Assembly: GCA_046290465.1 (NCBI GenBank)
Contig: JBKAGP010000001.1
Span: 6,208,001 to 6,272,000 of the forward strand
DNA: 64,000 nt
Direction: 5' to 3'
DNA from: Planctomycetota bacterium
GTDB taxonomy: Bacteria > Planctomycetota > UBA1135 > UBA2386
The notes beneath the pieces are model-generated. The model did no database searches. It had not been told where the DNA came from and was given only the letters and a program-made list of their open reading frames with translations. Both the position numbers and the translations under genes were made by a program. Position 1 is the first letter of the stretch. Each line of letters opens with the position of its first letter. Shown here in pieces: positions 37,959 through 47,448 of the stretch.

Positions 37959-39181
37959 TCGCCGAGGTCGTCGCGATCGGCGATGAACTGCTGCACGGTG
38001 GCCTGCTCGACACCAACAGCAAGTACCTCGCGCAGGAGCTCGAACGGCTCGGCGCCGTCGTGCGCCGCATCACCGTCGTCGGCGACGACCCGGAGCAGCT
38101 GCGTGCGGGGATCGACGAGTCGTGCCGGCGCGCCGACGTCGTGCTGGCGACCGGCGGCCTCGGGCCGACGCTCGACGACCGCACCCGCGACGTCGTCGCG
38201 CAGCTGCTCGGCGAACCGCTGCGCTTTCACGAGCCGAGCTGGGCACAGGTGCAGGCCTGGTTCGAACGGTTCCGCCGCCCCTGCCCCGACAGCAACCGGC
38301 GCCAGGCCGAGCTGCCGGCATCGGCGGAGGCGCTGACGAACACGACCGGCACCGCGCCCGGCTTCTTCGCGAAGATCCACGGCGCGACGTTGTTCGCGAT
38401 GCCCGGCGTGCCGCGCGAGATGAAGGTGATGCTGCGCGACGAGGTGCTGCCGCGCGTGGCCCGGCTCGGCGAGCTGACCCCGACCGCGCACCGCCTGCTG
38501 CGCGTGCTCGGCCCTTCCGAGGCGATGCTCGGCGAACGCATCGGCGAGCACATGCTGCCCGGCCACAACCCGCAGGTCGGCATCACCGCGTCCGGCGGCC
38601 TGCTGACCGTGCGCATCGTCGCGACCGCGCCGTGCCACGACGAGGCCGCCGCGCGCTGCGAACGGCTCGCCGCCGAGCTGCGCCCCAAGCTCGGCGACTG
38701 GCTGTTCGCCGAAGGCGAGCAGGAGTTGCCCGAGCTGGTGCTCGAACGGCTGCGTGCGGCCGGCCAGACGATCGCGTTCGCCGAGTCGTGCACCGGCGGG
38801 CTGTGCGCCGCGCGCCTGACCGACGTTGCCGGCTCGTCGGCGGTGATGATGGGCGGCGTGGTCGCCTACAGCAACGAGGCCAAGCAGGCGCTGCTCGGCG
38901 TGCCGGCGGAGCTGCTGACGCAGCACGGCGCGGTCAGCGAGCCAGTCGCTCGGGCGATGGCCGAGGGCGCGCGCGGCCGCTTCGGCGCCACCTGCGCGCT
39001 GGCGACGACCGGCATCGCCGGGCCGTCCGGCGGCAGCGCCGACAAGCCGGTCGGCACGGTGTGCTTCGGCTACGCCGATGCCACCGGAGCCAGGGCGTGG
39101 ACCGTGCGCATCCCCGACCTCGGCCGCGTGTTCGTGCGCGACCGCGCCGTGTTCGAGGTCTGGCGCACGCTGCTCCGGTGA
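37955..39181 (+). CDS. cinA: CinA family protein (molybdopterin-binding-like domain plus NMN deamidase domain)
   Basis: IGDELL..DTN, GGLGPTLDD, PGVPREM, AESCTGG and TGIAGP motifs. Confidence 0.95.
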   Translation: MIAEVVAIGDELLHGGLLDTNSKYLAQELERLGAVVRRITVVGDDPEQLRAGIDESCRRADVVLATGGLGPTLDDRTRDVVAQLLGEPLRFHEPSWAQVQAWFERFRRPCPDSNRRQAELPASAEALTNTTGTAPGFFAKIHGATLFAMPGVPREMKVMLRDEVLPRVARLGELTPTAHRLLRVLGPSEAMLGERIGEHMLPGHNPQVGITASGGLLTVRIVATAPCHDEAAARCERLAAELRPKLGDWLFAEGEQELPELVLERLRAAGQTIAFAESCTGGLCAARLTDVAGSSAVMMGGVVAYSNEAKQALLGVPAELLTQHGAVSEPVARAMAEGARGRFGATCALATTGIAGPSGGSADKPVGTVCFGYADATGARAWTVRIPDLGRVFVRDRAVFEVWRTLLR

Positions 39182-39246
39182 GTGTCGCGCGCGGCTTGCA
39201 CGTATGATGCAGGCACCGGAGCCGGAGCGGCTCCGCTCCGAGACGA

Positions 39247-42200
39247 GTGAAGATCTGCCTGTCGTGTGAGGGGGTGACCGACACCCAGGCGCAGCGCTGC
39301 GGCAACTGCAACGCGCTGCTGCTGCCGACCGACGCCGTGCACTACCCGGCGCGGCGCGGCGAACTCGATGCCTCCAACCCGCTGCTCGGCACCGTCATCG
39401 ACGGCACCTACCGCCTGCAGTCGGTGCTCGGCCGCGGCGGCCTCGGCACGGTCTTTCGCGCCCAGCACACCGGCTCGCTGGTCACCGTCGCGCTCAAGCT
39501 GCTGCACCCGCGCTTCGCCGAACGTCCCGAGTACCGCCGCGCGCTGCTGCCCGAGGCGCGCCGCGCCGCCACCGTCGTGCACGAGCGCTGCGCGCGCCTG
39601 CTCGACGTCGGCGAGGGCGACGAGGGCATCACCTACCTGGCGATGGAGCTGGTCGAGGGCCAGACGCTCGAGGAGGTGCTGCAGGACGGCCCGCTGCCGC
39701 CGGCGCACGCGCTCGACCTGCTGCTGCAGGTCGCCGCGGCGCTGTCCGCCGTGCACGACGTCGGCCTGGTGCACTGCGACCTGTCGCCGCGCAACGTCAT
39801 GGTCACCGCGCGCACCGGCCGGCTCGAGGCCAAGGTGCTCGACTTCGGCATCGCTCGCTCGGTCAACATCGCCGGCCGCCGCAGCCGCCAGGGCGAGCTG
39901 TGGGGGTTTGCCAACCCGGCCTTCTCGGCGCCCGAGCTGCTCGCCGGCGATGACGTCGACCCGCGCGCCGACCTGTATTCGTTCGGCACGCTGGCGTGGC
40001 TGATGCTGACCGGCTCGATGCCGGTCGACGACAGCGACCGCGATCGCGCCGTCGAAGCGGTGCGCGAAGGCCGGCTGCTGCCGTGGCCCGGCGGCGCCGG
40101 CGTGCCAAAGCGGCTGGTGCGCATGATCCAGCGCTGCCTCGCGTTCGAACCGGCCGATCGGCCGGCGTCGATCGGCGAGGTGCAGCGGGAACTGGCGCTG
40201 CTGCGCCACGGCCGCGGGCCGACGATGGCGCGGATCGCGATGTTCGCGTCGGCGCTGGCGCTGGTGGTCGCGCTCGCGGTCAGCGAGGACCCGCAGCCGC
40301 CGTTCTTGCGGCCGCAGCCGGGCTCGGCCCTGCTGGTGTCCGAGGGGCCGTTGGCGCGCGACGCCGCGGTGCAGGACCTGCGCGCCGACCAGCTCGGCAC
40401 GATCGAGTTCCACTACGGCGGCATCGCGCCGGACCGGCTGGTCGCCGAGCTGGCGCGCGGCGGCAAGGCCTTGGTGCGCAAGCGGCTTGAGCCGACCGTC
40501 GACCGCGCCGCCGGCACGCTGGTGCTGTCGGCAGGCCAGAGCGCGTGGCAGGAGGTGCTGTCGGCGCTGTCGCGCACCAGCCGCGACGGGCCGGTCGACC
40601 TGACGTTCGTGGTGCCGGGATCGGCGGTGCTCGGCGCCGGTCGGCTGCGCGTCGACGACGTGCCGCCGGAGCTCGACGCGCGCTTCGAGGACGCCGCGGC
40701 CGGCGTGCACGGCCACAGCCGCCTGCTGGTCGACGTGCGCGACGACATCGGCGTCGCCCGGCTCGAGGCCGTCGTGCGCCTGCCGGACGAGTCGTTCGTG
40801 CTGCCGCTGCCGGCGCGCTCGGGCGCGGTGTCGCTCGGCGAGGCGATCGCCGAACACGTCGGCCGGATCGAGCCGCTCGGTGCCGGCAGCGTCGTCGTGC
40901 GCGCCCGCGACTTCGCCGACAACCGTCGCGAACTGCCGCCGCTGACGTTCGCGTCGGCCGACGTCGCCGCGCCCTCGGTGCTGCAGGTGACCGGTCCGGC
41001 CGGCCAGCGCGGCCTGACGCGCAGCGGCAACCGCGTGCGTTTCCGGGTGCAGCTGTCGGCCGGCGAACCGGGCCTGCAGCTGCGCTGTCGCCACGACGGC
41101 AGGGAACTGCGGTTGCCGATGGACGTCGCGACCGGCGACCGCCCGGTGGCGACCTCGTTCGACGTCGCCGCCGACGAACTGTTCGGCGATGCCAGCGAGC
41201 TCGAACTGCGCCTCGCCGCGATCGATCCGGCCGGCAACGAGAACGAGCGCGCGTTCCCGGTGCGCGTCGTCGACCGCAGCCCGGCGGTCCTGGTGCAGCC
41301 GGGCGCCGGCGACGCGTCGCGGCCGGTCGCGATGGTCGGCCAGGAGCTGGTGGTCGGACCCGACGGCGGCCACTTCCACGTGTCGGTCGCCCGCAGCTAC
41401 GACGTCGCGGGCGCGCAGGTCGAACGCGACGGCCGGCCGCTGGCCAGTGCGGGGGTGCGCATCGCGCCCGCTCGGGACGGTGCTGCCGACGTCACGCTGC
41501 TGGCGCTGCAGCCGGGCGCCTACACGCTGTGGGTCGAGCTCAACGAACGCGACGACGACCGGCTCGAACCGGTGCGCCGGCCGCTACCGGTGCGGGTGCT
41601 GCCGCGGCAGCTCGAGGTGCAGGTGCCGTCGTCGCGGGCGCGCTTCCTGCCGCAGCTGGTCGACGCCGGCGTGCTGGCGCTGCGCGGCGAACGCGACGAG
41701 CGCGTCGGCGAGGGCAGCGGCTGGCGCTACGATCCCGATCTGCGGCCGTACTTACGCGGCGCCTGCTATCGAGACGACCGACCCGGCGCGACGGTGCGCG
41801 CGACGCTCGGCGCGGTCCTGCCCGAACTGCCGCTGCAGCGCGGCCACAACACGCTGTCGCTGGCGCTGGTCGACGCGCTCGACCGGCCGGTGGCGTTGGT
41901 CGACGAGAACGGCGAGCCGCTGCATAAGGACGGCGGTCGCGCGGTGTTCGCGTCGTTCTGGTGGAACGACGAACGGCCGAGCCTGGTCGGCGAACGGCTG
42001 TTGGTCGAGCACGATCGACCGGTGCGGGTGCGGGTGCGCATGCCGGTGCCGTTCGGGAGCGAGGACCGCGACCGCCTGCGGCTGGGGCTCGGCAACGGCG
42101 AGTGGCCGGCGGTCGCGGTCGAGACCGAGGCCGCGTCGTCGCTGCTCGCGTTCGACGTGCCGTTCGCGGTCTGGAGCGTCGCCGCGCAGTTCGGCGGCCG

Positions 42201-43368
42201 CACCCGCCAGGAGTTCGCGCAGGGGCTCGAGGCGGAGGTGGTCGCCTACGTGCTCGGCCCCGACGGCCGTCACGACCTGTCGCTGTCGCTGCGCACGACG
42301 CGTAGCACGCTGGCGCCGCTGCGGCTCGGCGACGTGACCGAGGTGCCGCAGGGGCTCGAGGACCTGCAGCTGCTGCCGGTGCTCGCGCCCGAGGGGTCGT
42401 TCGAGGAGCCGATGCCGCGCCGCACGCCGCCGCGCTTCACGTTCCGGCCGCAGCGCGCGACGCCGGTGCGCAACATGCCGGACATCCTGCTGCAGGACCG
42501 CGAACTCAACGTGCGCGAAGCGCGGGCGCTGCGCGCGTTCGCGGCCTCTTTGACGGACGCCGCCGCGCGCGCCTCGCTGGTGCACGACAGCGACCCGCTC
42601 GGCCTGCAGCGGCTCGACGTCTCGAACCTGCTGCCCGACGGCCTCGACGAGGTTCCGGGCGAGCACGCGCTGTTCGGCATCGACTTCTTCCAGGCGTGGA
42701 CGCTGTCGCGTCTGCTCGGCGTCGCCGTCGGCGACGATCCGGACCTGTTCCGGCTGCCGCTCGGCTGCGAACTGGAGCTCGCCGCGTTCGCCGACGCGAG
42801 CGTCGAGGCGTGCCACGGCGCGGCCGCGCACGGCGGTGCGGTCAGCATGCGCGCGTTCGACAGCTTCGCGCCGGCTGGCGGGACCTGGGGTGCCGAGGCC
42901 GGCAAGCAACTCGGCGACGTCGTGCCGACCGACTACGGCCGCGCGTTCGTCGGCCTCGACTTCTCGCTGCGCGAGTGGGTGCTCGACGTGCCGCACATGG
43001 CGGGCGCCGAGCTGCTGCTGCGCGAGTGGACCGGCGACCACACCGCGCACCTCTCGCGCATGCTCGCGATCGGTGCCGGCACCGCGGATCCGCAGCCCGA
43101 CCCGCTCGGCCTGCAGCAGCGCATCGGCGTCGTGCGCGGCCTCGGGTTCGGCGAGGGCGAGGGCGTGATCGGCCTCGAGGGCGAACGGCTGCGCTTCGGC
43201 AGCTTCGCGCAGCTGCCGGCCTACGTGCCGGGCGTGCTGCGGACCGAGCAGCTGCGTCGCGACGGCGAGGCGTTGCTCGGCGCCGGCCGCGACCGGCGGC
43301 TGCGCAAGGTCGGCATGCGCGTCGCGGGCAACGCCGAGGCACTGGCGCGACGATGGGGGTATCGATGA
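39247..43368 (+). CDS. Transmembrane Ser/Thr protein kinase with an N-terminal CxxC..CxxC, Ig-like repeats and a C-terminal FGE-sulfatase-like domain
   Basis: Kinase motifs GRGGLGTV, VALK, HCDLSPRN, DFG and APE; a TM helix; RLPLGCELELAA..LREW..VVRG..GMRV resembles FGE-sulfatase motifs. Confidence 0.85.
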   Translation: MKICLSCEGVTDTQAQRCGNCNALLLPTDAVHYPARRGELDASNPLLGTVIDGTYRLQSVLGRGGLGTVFRAQHTGSLVTVALKLLHPRFAERPEYRRALLPEARRAATVVHERCARLLDVGEGDEGITYLAMELVEGQTLEEVLQDGPLPPAHALDLLLQVAAALSAVHDVGLVHCDLSPRNVMVTARTGRLEAKVLDFGIARSVNIAGRRSRQGELWGFANPAFSAPELLAGDDVDPRADLYSFGTLAWLMLTGSMPVDDSDRDRAVEAVREGRLLPWPGGAGVPKRLVRMIQRCLAFEPADRPASIGEVQRELALLRHGRGPTMARIAMFASALALVVALAVSEDPQPPFLRPQPGSALLVSEGPLARDAAVQDLRADQLGTIEFHYGGIAPDRLVAELARGGKALVRKRLEPTVDRAAGTLVLSAGQSAWQEVLSALSRTSRDGPVDLTFVVPGSAVLGAGRLRVDDVPPELDARFEDAAAGVHGHSRLLVDVRDDIGVARLEAVVRLPDESFVLPLPARSGAVSLGEAIAEHVGRIEPLGAGSVVVRARDFADNRRELPPLTFASADVAAPSVLQVTGPAGQRGLTRSGNRVRFRVQLSAGEPGLQLRCRHDGRELRLPMDVATGDRPVATSFDVAADELFGDASELELRLAAIDPAGNENERAFPVRVVDRSPAVLVQPGAGDASRPVAMVGQELVVGPDGGHFHVSVARSYDVAGAQVERDGRPLASAGVRIAPARDGAADVTLLALQPGAYTLWVELNERDDDRLEPVRRPLPVRVLPRQLEVQVPSSRARFLPQLVDAGVLALRGERDERVGEGSGWRYDPDLRPYLRGACYRDDRPGATVRATLGAVLPELPLQRGHNTLSLALVDALDRPVALVDENGEPLHKDGGRAVFASFWWNDERPSLVGERLLVEHDRPVRVRVRMPVPFGSEDRDRLRLGLGNGEWPAVAVETEAASSLLAFDVPFAVWSVAAQFGGRTRQEFAQGLEAEVVAYVLGPDGRHDLSLSLRTTRSTLAPLRLGDVTEVPQGLEDLQLLPVLAPEGSFEEPMPRRTPPRFTFRPQRATPVRNMPDILLQDRELNVREARALRAFAASLTDAAARASLVHDSDPLGLQRLDVSNLLPDGLDEVPGEHALFGIDFFQAWTLSRLLGVAVGDDPDLFRLPLGCELELAAFADASVEACHGAAAHGGAVSMRAFDSFAPAGGTWGAEAGKQLGDVVPTDYGRAFVGLDFSLREWVLDVPHMAGAELLLREWTGDHTAHLSRMLAIGAGTADPQPDPLGLQQRIGVVRGLGFGEGEGVIGLEGERLRFGSFAQLPAYVPGVLRTEQLRRDGEALLGAGRDRRLRKVGMRVAGNAEALARRWGYR

Positions 43369-44483
43369 CGGACCACGAACGCGCCGGCGCGGCGCTGCGG
43401 CTTTGGGGTTGCTGGTTGCTGTGGGTCGCCTGGTTCGCCCTGTTGGGCGGCTGCATGTCGACGACCGACGAACTGCGCGGGCTCGCCGAGCGGCCGCCGC
43501 TCGACCGCGCCGTGCTGGTCAGCGGCGGCGCGTTCTTCGCCGAGGACAGCGCCGAGCAGGGCACCTTCCGTCGGCCGGTCGATCCGGGCGACGCGGCGGC
43601 GCCGCCGGCCGACGAGGCGATCCCGTTCGCGTCGATCGTCGACGTGCTCGAACGCGGCGCCGTGTTCCAGCGGGTCGTCGCCGACCCCGACCCGTACCGG
43701 CGGCGCCTGCTGCGCGCGCAGCTCGACAACCGCGCGCCGGACCCCGGCATCAACGAGTTCCTGCGGCAGGCGCGCGAGGACGGCTTCGACCTGCTGCTGG
43801 TCATCGAAGAACTGCAGGACGGTCCGATCGAGAGCCAGGGCACCAACGGGCGCTGGCCGGTGACGTTCGCCACCTGGATCCTGCTCGGCGTCGGCATGTT
43901 CATCCCGGATCGCACCTTCGAGTCGACCGCGGCGCTGCGGCTGTCGTTCCGCGAGCTGCAGACCGGCCGCGAGATCGACAGCCTGCTGCTGGTGCCCGGA
44001 CCGATCGATCTGGCGCTGACCGAACGCACCGACGTGCTCGGCCTGCTGCTGTCGGTCGTCGTGCCGCCGTTCTGGATCGGCGACGACGTCGAGACCGTCA
44101 ACGAGTCGATCCGCGACACCACCCAGCGCCGCCTGCTGGTGTCGCTGGTGCGCGAACTGAAGAGCGAGGTGCGCCGTCGCCGCCTCGGCGAGCGCGAAGC
44201 GGCGACGTTCACATTCGAGCGCGGGCCGAGCGGGCCGCGCATCGTGGTCGACTCGCGCGAGACCCTCAGCGTGGTGCGGCTGGTCGGCGAACGGTTCGAC
44301 GACGAGCTCGCGGCGCATGCGTTCGCCGAGCGCCTGCTGGCGTCGCGCACCCTGCAGGCGGGCCGCTTCCGCTACCAGGCGACGCTGCCCGACGGCCTCG
44401 ACCGGGGCCGCTTCCAGGTGCGCGTCGGCACGCTGCGCGGCGGCATCGCGTCGTCGACGTTCCGCGTGGGGGCGCTGCGGTGA
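43365..44483 (+). CDS. Hypothetical (lipo)protein
   Basis: ATG overlaps the kinase stop; hydrophobic leader ending in LLGGC. Confidence 0.7.
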   Translation: MTDHERAGAALRLWGCWLLWVAWFALLGGCMSTTDELRGLAERPPLDRAVLVSGGAFFAEDSAEQGTFRRPVDPGDAAAPPADEAIPFASIVDVLERGAVFQRVVADPDPYRRRLLRAQLDNRAPDPGINEFLRQAREDGFDLLLVIEELQDGPIESQGTNGRWPVTFATWILLGVGMFIPDRTFESTAALRLSFRELQTGREIDSLLLVPGPIDLALTERTDVLGLLLSVVVPPFWIGDDVETVNESIRDTTQRRLLVSLVRELKSEVRRRRLGEREAATFTFERGPSGPRIVVDSRETLSVVRLVGERFDDELAAHAFAERLLASRTLQAGRFRYQATLPDGLDRGRFQVRVGTLRGGIASSTFRVGALR

Positions 44484-45364
44484 AGGTCCCGGCCGGTCTG
44501 CGCGTCGGGGTCTGCAGCCACACCGGCCTGCTGCGCGGCGCCAACGAGGACGATTACCTGCTGGCGACGCCGCCGCGCGTGGTCGGCGCCGCGTTCGTCG
44601 CCGCCGTCGCCGACGGCATGGGCGGGGCGGCTGGTGGCGCCGAGGCCAGCCGCACGGCGCTGCGTGCGCTCGGAGCCGTGCTGCTCGAGGGCGAGGTCGA
44701 CGGCGAGGCCGACGCGCGCATGCGCGATGGCTTCCTGCAGGCCAACGCGCGCGTGTTCGAGTCGGCGACGGCGGTGCCGGCGCTGCGCGACATGGGCACG
44801 ACGCTGACGGCGCTGTGGATCGGCGAGGGCGTCGGCGTCTGCGGCCACATCGGCGACTCCCGGCTCTACCGGATCCGTGGCGACGGCTGCGAGGTGCTGA
44901 CGGTCGACCACGCCGTCAAGCAGGGCGAGAGCCTGCTGACGCGCTGCATCGGCGGCGGCCAGATCGAGTGCGAGCCGGACGAGGACACGTTCGACGTGGT
45001 TGCCGGCGACCGCTTCGTGCTGTGCACCGACGGCGTCTGGAACGTCGTCGACCCCGACGACTTCGCCGCGCTCGCCCAGGAGCGCGACCCGCAGCAGTCG
45101 GCCGAACGGCTGGTGCGCCGCGCGCTCGACGAGGGAGGTCCGGACAACGCCACCGCCGTGGTCGTCGACGTCATCGACCCTCGCCTCAGCGAGAACCGCG
45201 AGGTCGACCTGCCGCGCCACGAACGCCCCGACGCGCGCTCGCTGTGGCCGCACGCCGGCTCGCTGGGCTCGCCGGTGTGGCCGTGGCTGCTGCTGGCGGT
45301 CGCCCTCGTCGTGTTGGCGTGGTCGGTGTTGCGGTGGCTCGGGGTCGAGTTCCGCGCCTGGTAG
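44480..45364 (+). CDS. PP2C family Ser/Thr phosphatase with a C-terminal TM helix
   Basis: NEDD, VADGMGG, MGTT, GDSRLY, LCTDG and GGPDN motifs. Confidence 0.92.
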   Translation: MKVPAGLRVGVCSHTGLLRGANEDDYLLATPPRVVGAAFVAAVADGMGGAAGGAEASRTALRALGAVLLEGEVDGEADARMRDGFLQANARVFESATAVPALRDMGTTLTALWIGEGVGVCGHIGDSRLYRIRGDGCEVLTVDHAVKQGESLLTRCIGGGQIECEPDEDTFDVVAGDRFVLCTDGVWNVVDPDDFAALAQERDPQQSAERLVRRALDEGGPDNATAVVVDVIDPRLSENREVDLPRHERPDARSLWPHAGSLGSPVWPWLLLAVALVVLAWSVLRWLGVEFRAW

Positions 45365-45392
45365 CGAGCGAGCTGCCGCGAGCCTCCGGCCG

Positions 45393-45421
45393 TTGACGGG
45401 CGCGGCGCGCGCTTCGACAAT
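45393..45421 (+). promoter_or_regulatory. Putative sigma70 promoter, possibly for a leaderless mRNA
   Basis: TTGACG, 17 nt, GACAAT; ends 6 nt before GTG 45428. Confidence 0.55.
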
Positions 45422-45427
45422 CCCGCC

Positions 45428-46258
45428 GTGGCACGATCGCGGAGCGGACGGAGTGGCGGCCTGCCGTCGAGCACGGTGGCGCTGCTGCCATGGCTGCTGG
45501 TCGCCTGCGCGCTGCAGGCGCCGCAGGCCGAGCAGGTCCTCGCCGACGGCGGCGCCGACGACCGCGCCAGCGCCGAGGCGCTCGAGGCGTTCCGCGCCGC
45601 TCCCGACGACCTCGACGCTGCGCTGCGGGCCGCGCGGGTGCTGTTCGCCGCCGCCGATCTGTCGGTGCAGCGCGCGTTGGTCGCCGCGATCGAAGCGCAG
45701 CCGCAGCCGGGCCTCGAGCAGGTGTTGGCGGTCGAGGAGCAGCTGCCCGAGGCGGCGCGCGAGCGCGTGTTGTCGCTGTCCGGTGCCGGCGCCGAGGCCG
45801 CCCAGGTGATCGTCGACGCGCGTCCCGACGACGTCGAGGCGAACGTGTTGCTCGCGCAGCATCTGTCGTTCGTCGCCTGGGCCAACGGGCCGATGCGCTC
45901 GTTGATGGCCGGCTACGGCGGCCGCATCGAGGCGGCGATGAAGCGCGCCCTGGCCGTCGACGCCAGCTGGGACCACGGCGCGCCGCTGCGCCTGCGCGGC
46001 CGGTTCCTGGCCGAAGCGCCGTGGCCGCTGCGCGATCGCGAGCAGAGCCTCGAGCTGCTGCAGCGGGCCGTGGCGACGCGCGCGATGCCGATCCATCACC
46101 TGTTCCTCGGCGACCTGCTGTTCGACCGCGGCGACCGCGACGGTGCGCTCGCGCAGTGGCGGCAGGCGGTCACAGCCGAGCCCGACGAGACCACCGCGGC
46201 CGTGGCGCCGTGGCACCGTCGGCTCGCCGAGCTGCGGGTCGAGGCCGCCCTGCGCTAG
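45428..46258 (+). CDS. TPR-like secreted hypothetical protein
   Basis: Helical repeats, e.g. RALAVDASWDHGAPLRLRGR and LFLGDLL..ALAQWRQAV. Confidence 0.7.
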   Translation: MARSRSGRSGGLPSSTVALLPWLLVACALQAPQAEQVLADGGADDRASAEALEAFRAAPDDLDAALRAARVLFAAADLSVQRALVAAIEAQPQPGLEQVLAVEEQLPEAARERVLSLSGAGAEAAQVIVDARPDDVEANVLLAQHLSFVAWANGPMRSLMAGYGGRIEAAMKRALAVDASWDHGAPLRLRGRFLAEAPWPLRDREQSLELLQRAVATRAMPIHHLFLGDLLFDRGDRDGALAQWRQAVTAEPDETTAAVAPWHRRLAELRVEAALR

Positions 46259-46301
46259 GGCCTGCCGGTGGGGCGACGCCCGCGCGATCGGCGCCGCGCC
46301 A

Positions 46302-47354
46302 TCAACTCCAGCGCAGCAGCAGCAGTTCGCTGCAGAACCCAGGCCCCATCGCGAGCATCACGCCGACGTCGCCGGGGTCGCCCGGCCGCTGCCGCAGCGT
46401 CTCGGCGAGGATCATCAGCACCGACGAACTCGACAGGTTGCCGGCGCGTGCCAGGCTCTGCCAGCTGATCGCCAGCGCGTCGTCGTCCAGGCCGAGGCCT
46501 TCCTGCAGCCCGCGCAGCACCTTCGGGCCGCCCGGGTGCGCGATCCAGCGCTGCACATCGGCGCGGCTCAGGTCGCGCTCCGCGAGGAAGGCGTCGACGT
46601 CCTTCGGCACCCGCTCGCGTGCGACCGTCGGCACCTCGGCGGACAGCACGATCCGGAAGCCGTGGGCGCCGATGTGCCATCCCATCATGTCCTCGGTGTC
46701 GGGGTAGAACACCGAGCGGGTGGCCTCGATGGTGGGGCCGGCGGCGTCGCGGCCGCTGCCGACCACGACCGCGGCGGCCGCGCCGTCGCCGAACAGGCCG
46801 ACGCTGATCAGGTTGGCGACCGAATGGTCGTCGGTCTGCAGCGTCAGCGAGCACAGTTCGACCGTCAGCACCAGCGCGACCGCGTCGGGGTCCGAGCGCA
46901 CGAAGTCGGCGGCGCGCGCGACGGCGGCCGCCCCGGCCACGCAGCCGAGGCCGAACATCGGCACGCGCCGCACGTCGCTGCGCAGCCCGAGGCGGCCGAC
47001 CAGCCGCGCGTCGACCGACGGGCTGGCAAGTCCGGTCACCGTCGAGAAGAAGATCGCATCGACCTCGTCGGGTCGCACGCCGGCGTCCTGCAGCGCCTTG
47101 AGGCAGGCCTCCTCACCCAGCTGCACGGCGCCACGCAGCCACGCCTGGTTGGCGTCGGTGAAGCCGTCGAGGTCGGCGTAGGCGTCGAGCGGCAGGGTCA
47201 GGTGGCGGCCGTCGATGCCGCAGTTGCGGTGCAGTTCGCGCAGGCGCTCGGCGCGACCTTCGGGCATGCCGAGCAGCGACACCAGCCGTTCGGAGATCTG
47301 TTCCTGGGGATACCATTCCGAAGGGAACGCGGTGGCGGCTGCGGCGATCTTCAC
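46302..47354 (-). CDS. Type III polyketide synthase
   Basis: Catalytic triad in GLGCVAG, WIAHPGG and GNLSSSS; also ELCSL, LFGDGAAA and MGPGF. Confidence 0.95.
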   Translation of the reverse strand: MKIAAAATAFPSEWYPQEQISERLVSLLGMPEGRAERLRELHRNCGIDGRHLTLPLDAYADLDGFTDANQAWLRGAVQLGEEACLKALQDAGVRPDEVDAIFFSTVTGLASPSVDARLVGRLGLRSDVRRVPMFGLGCVAGAAAVARAADFVRSDPDAVALVLTVELCSLTLQTDDHSVANLISVGLFGDGAAAAVVVGSGRDAAGPTIEATRSVFYPDTEDMMGWHIGAHGFRIVLSAEVPTVARERVPKDVDAFLAERDLSRADVQRWIAHPGGPKVLRGLQEGLGLDDDALAISWQSLARAGNLSSSSVLMILAETLRQRPGDPGDVGVMLAMGPGFCSELLLLRWS

Positions 47355-47448
47355 TGGTTGGCCTTGGGCGACGAGTCGGTTGGTGCGGCACGCTGGGTGA
47401 CGAAGCGTTCGCCGGACCCGGATCGGCGCTGGTCTGCGGGAGCGCCCG

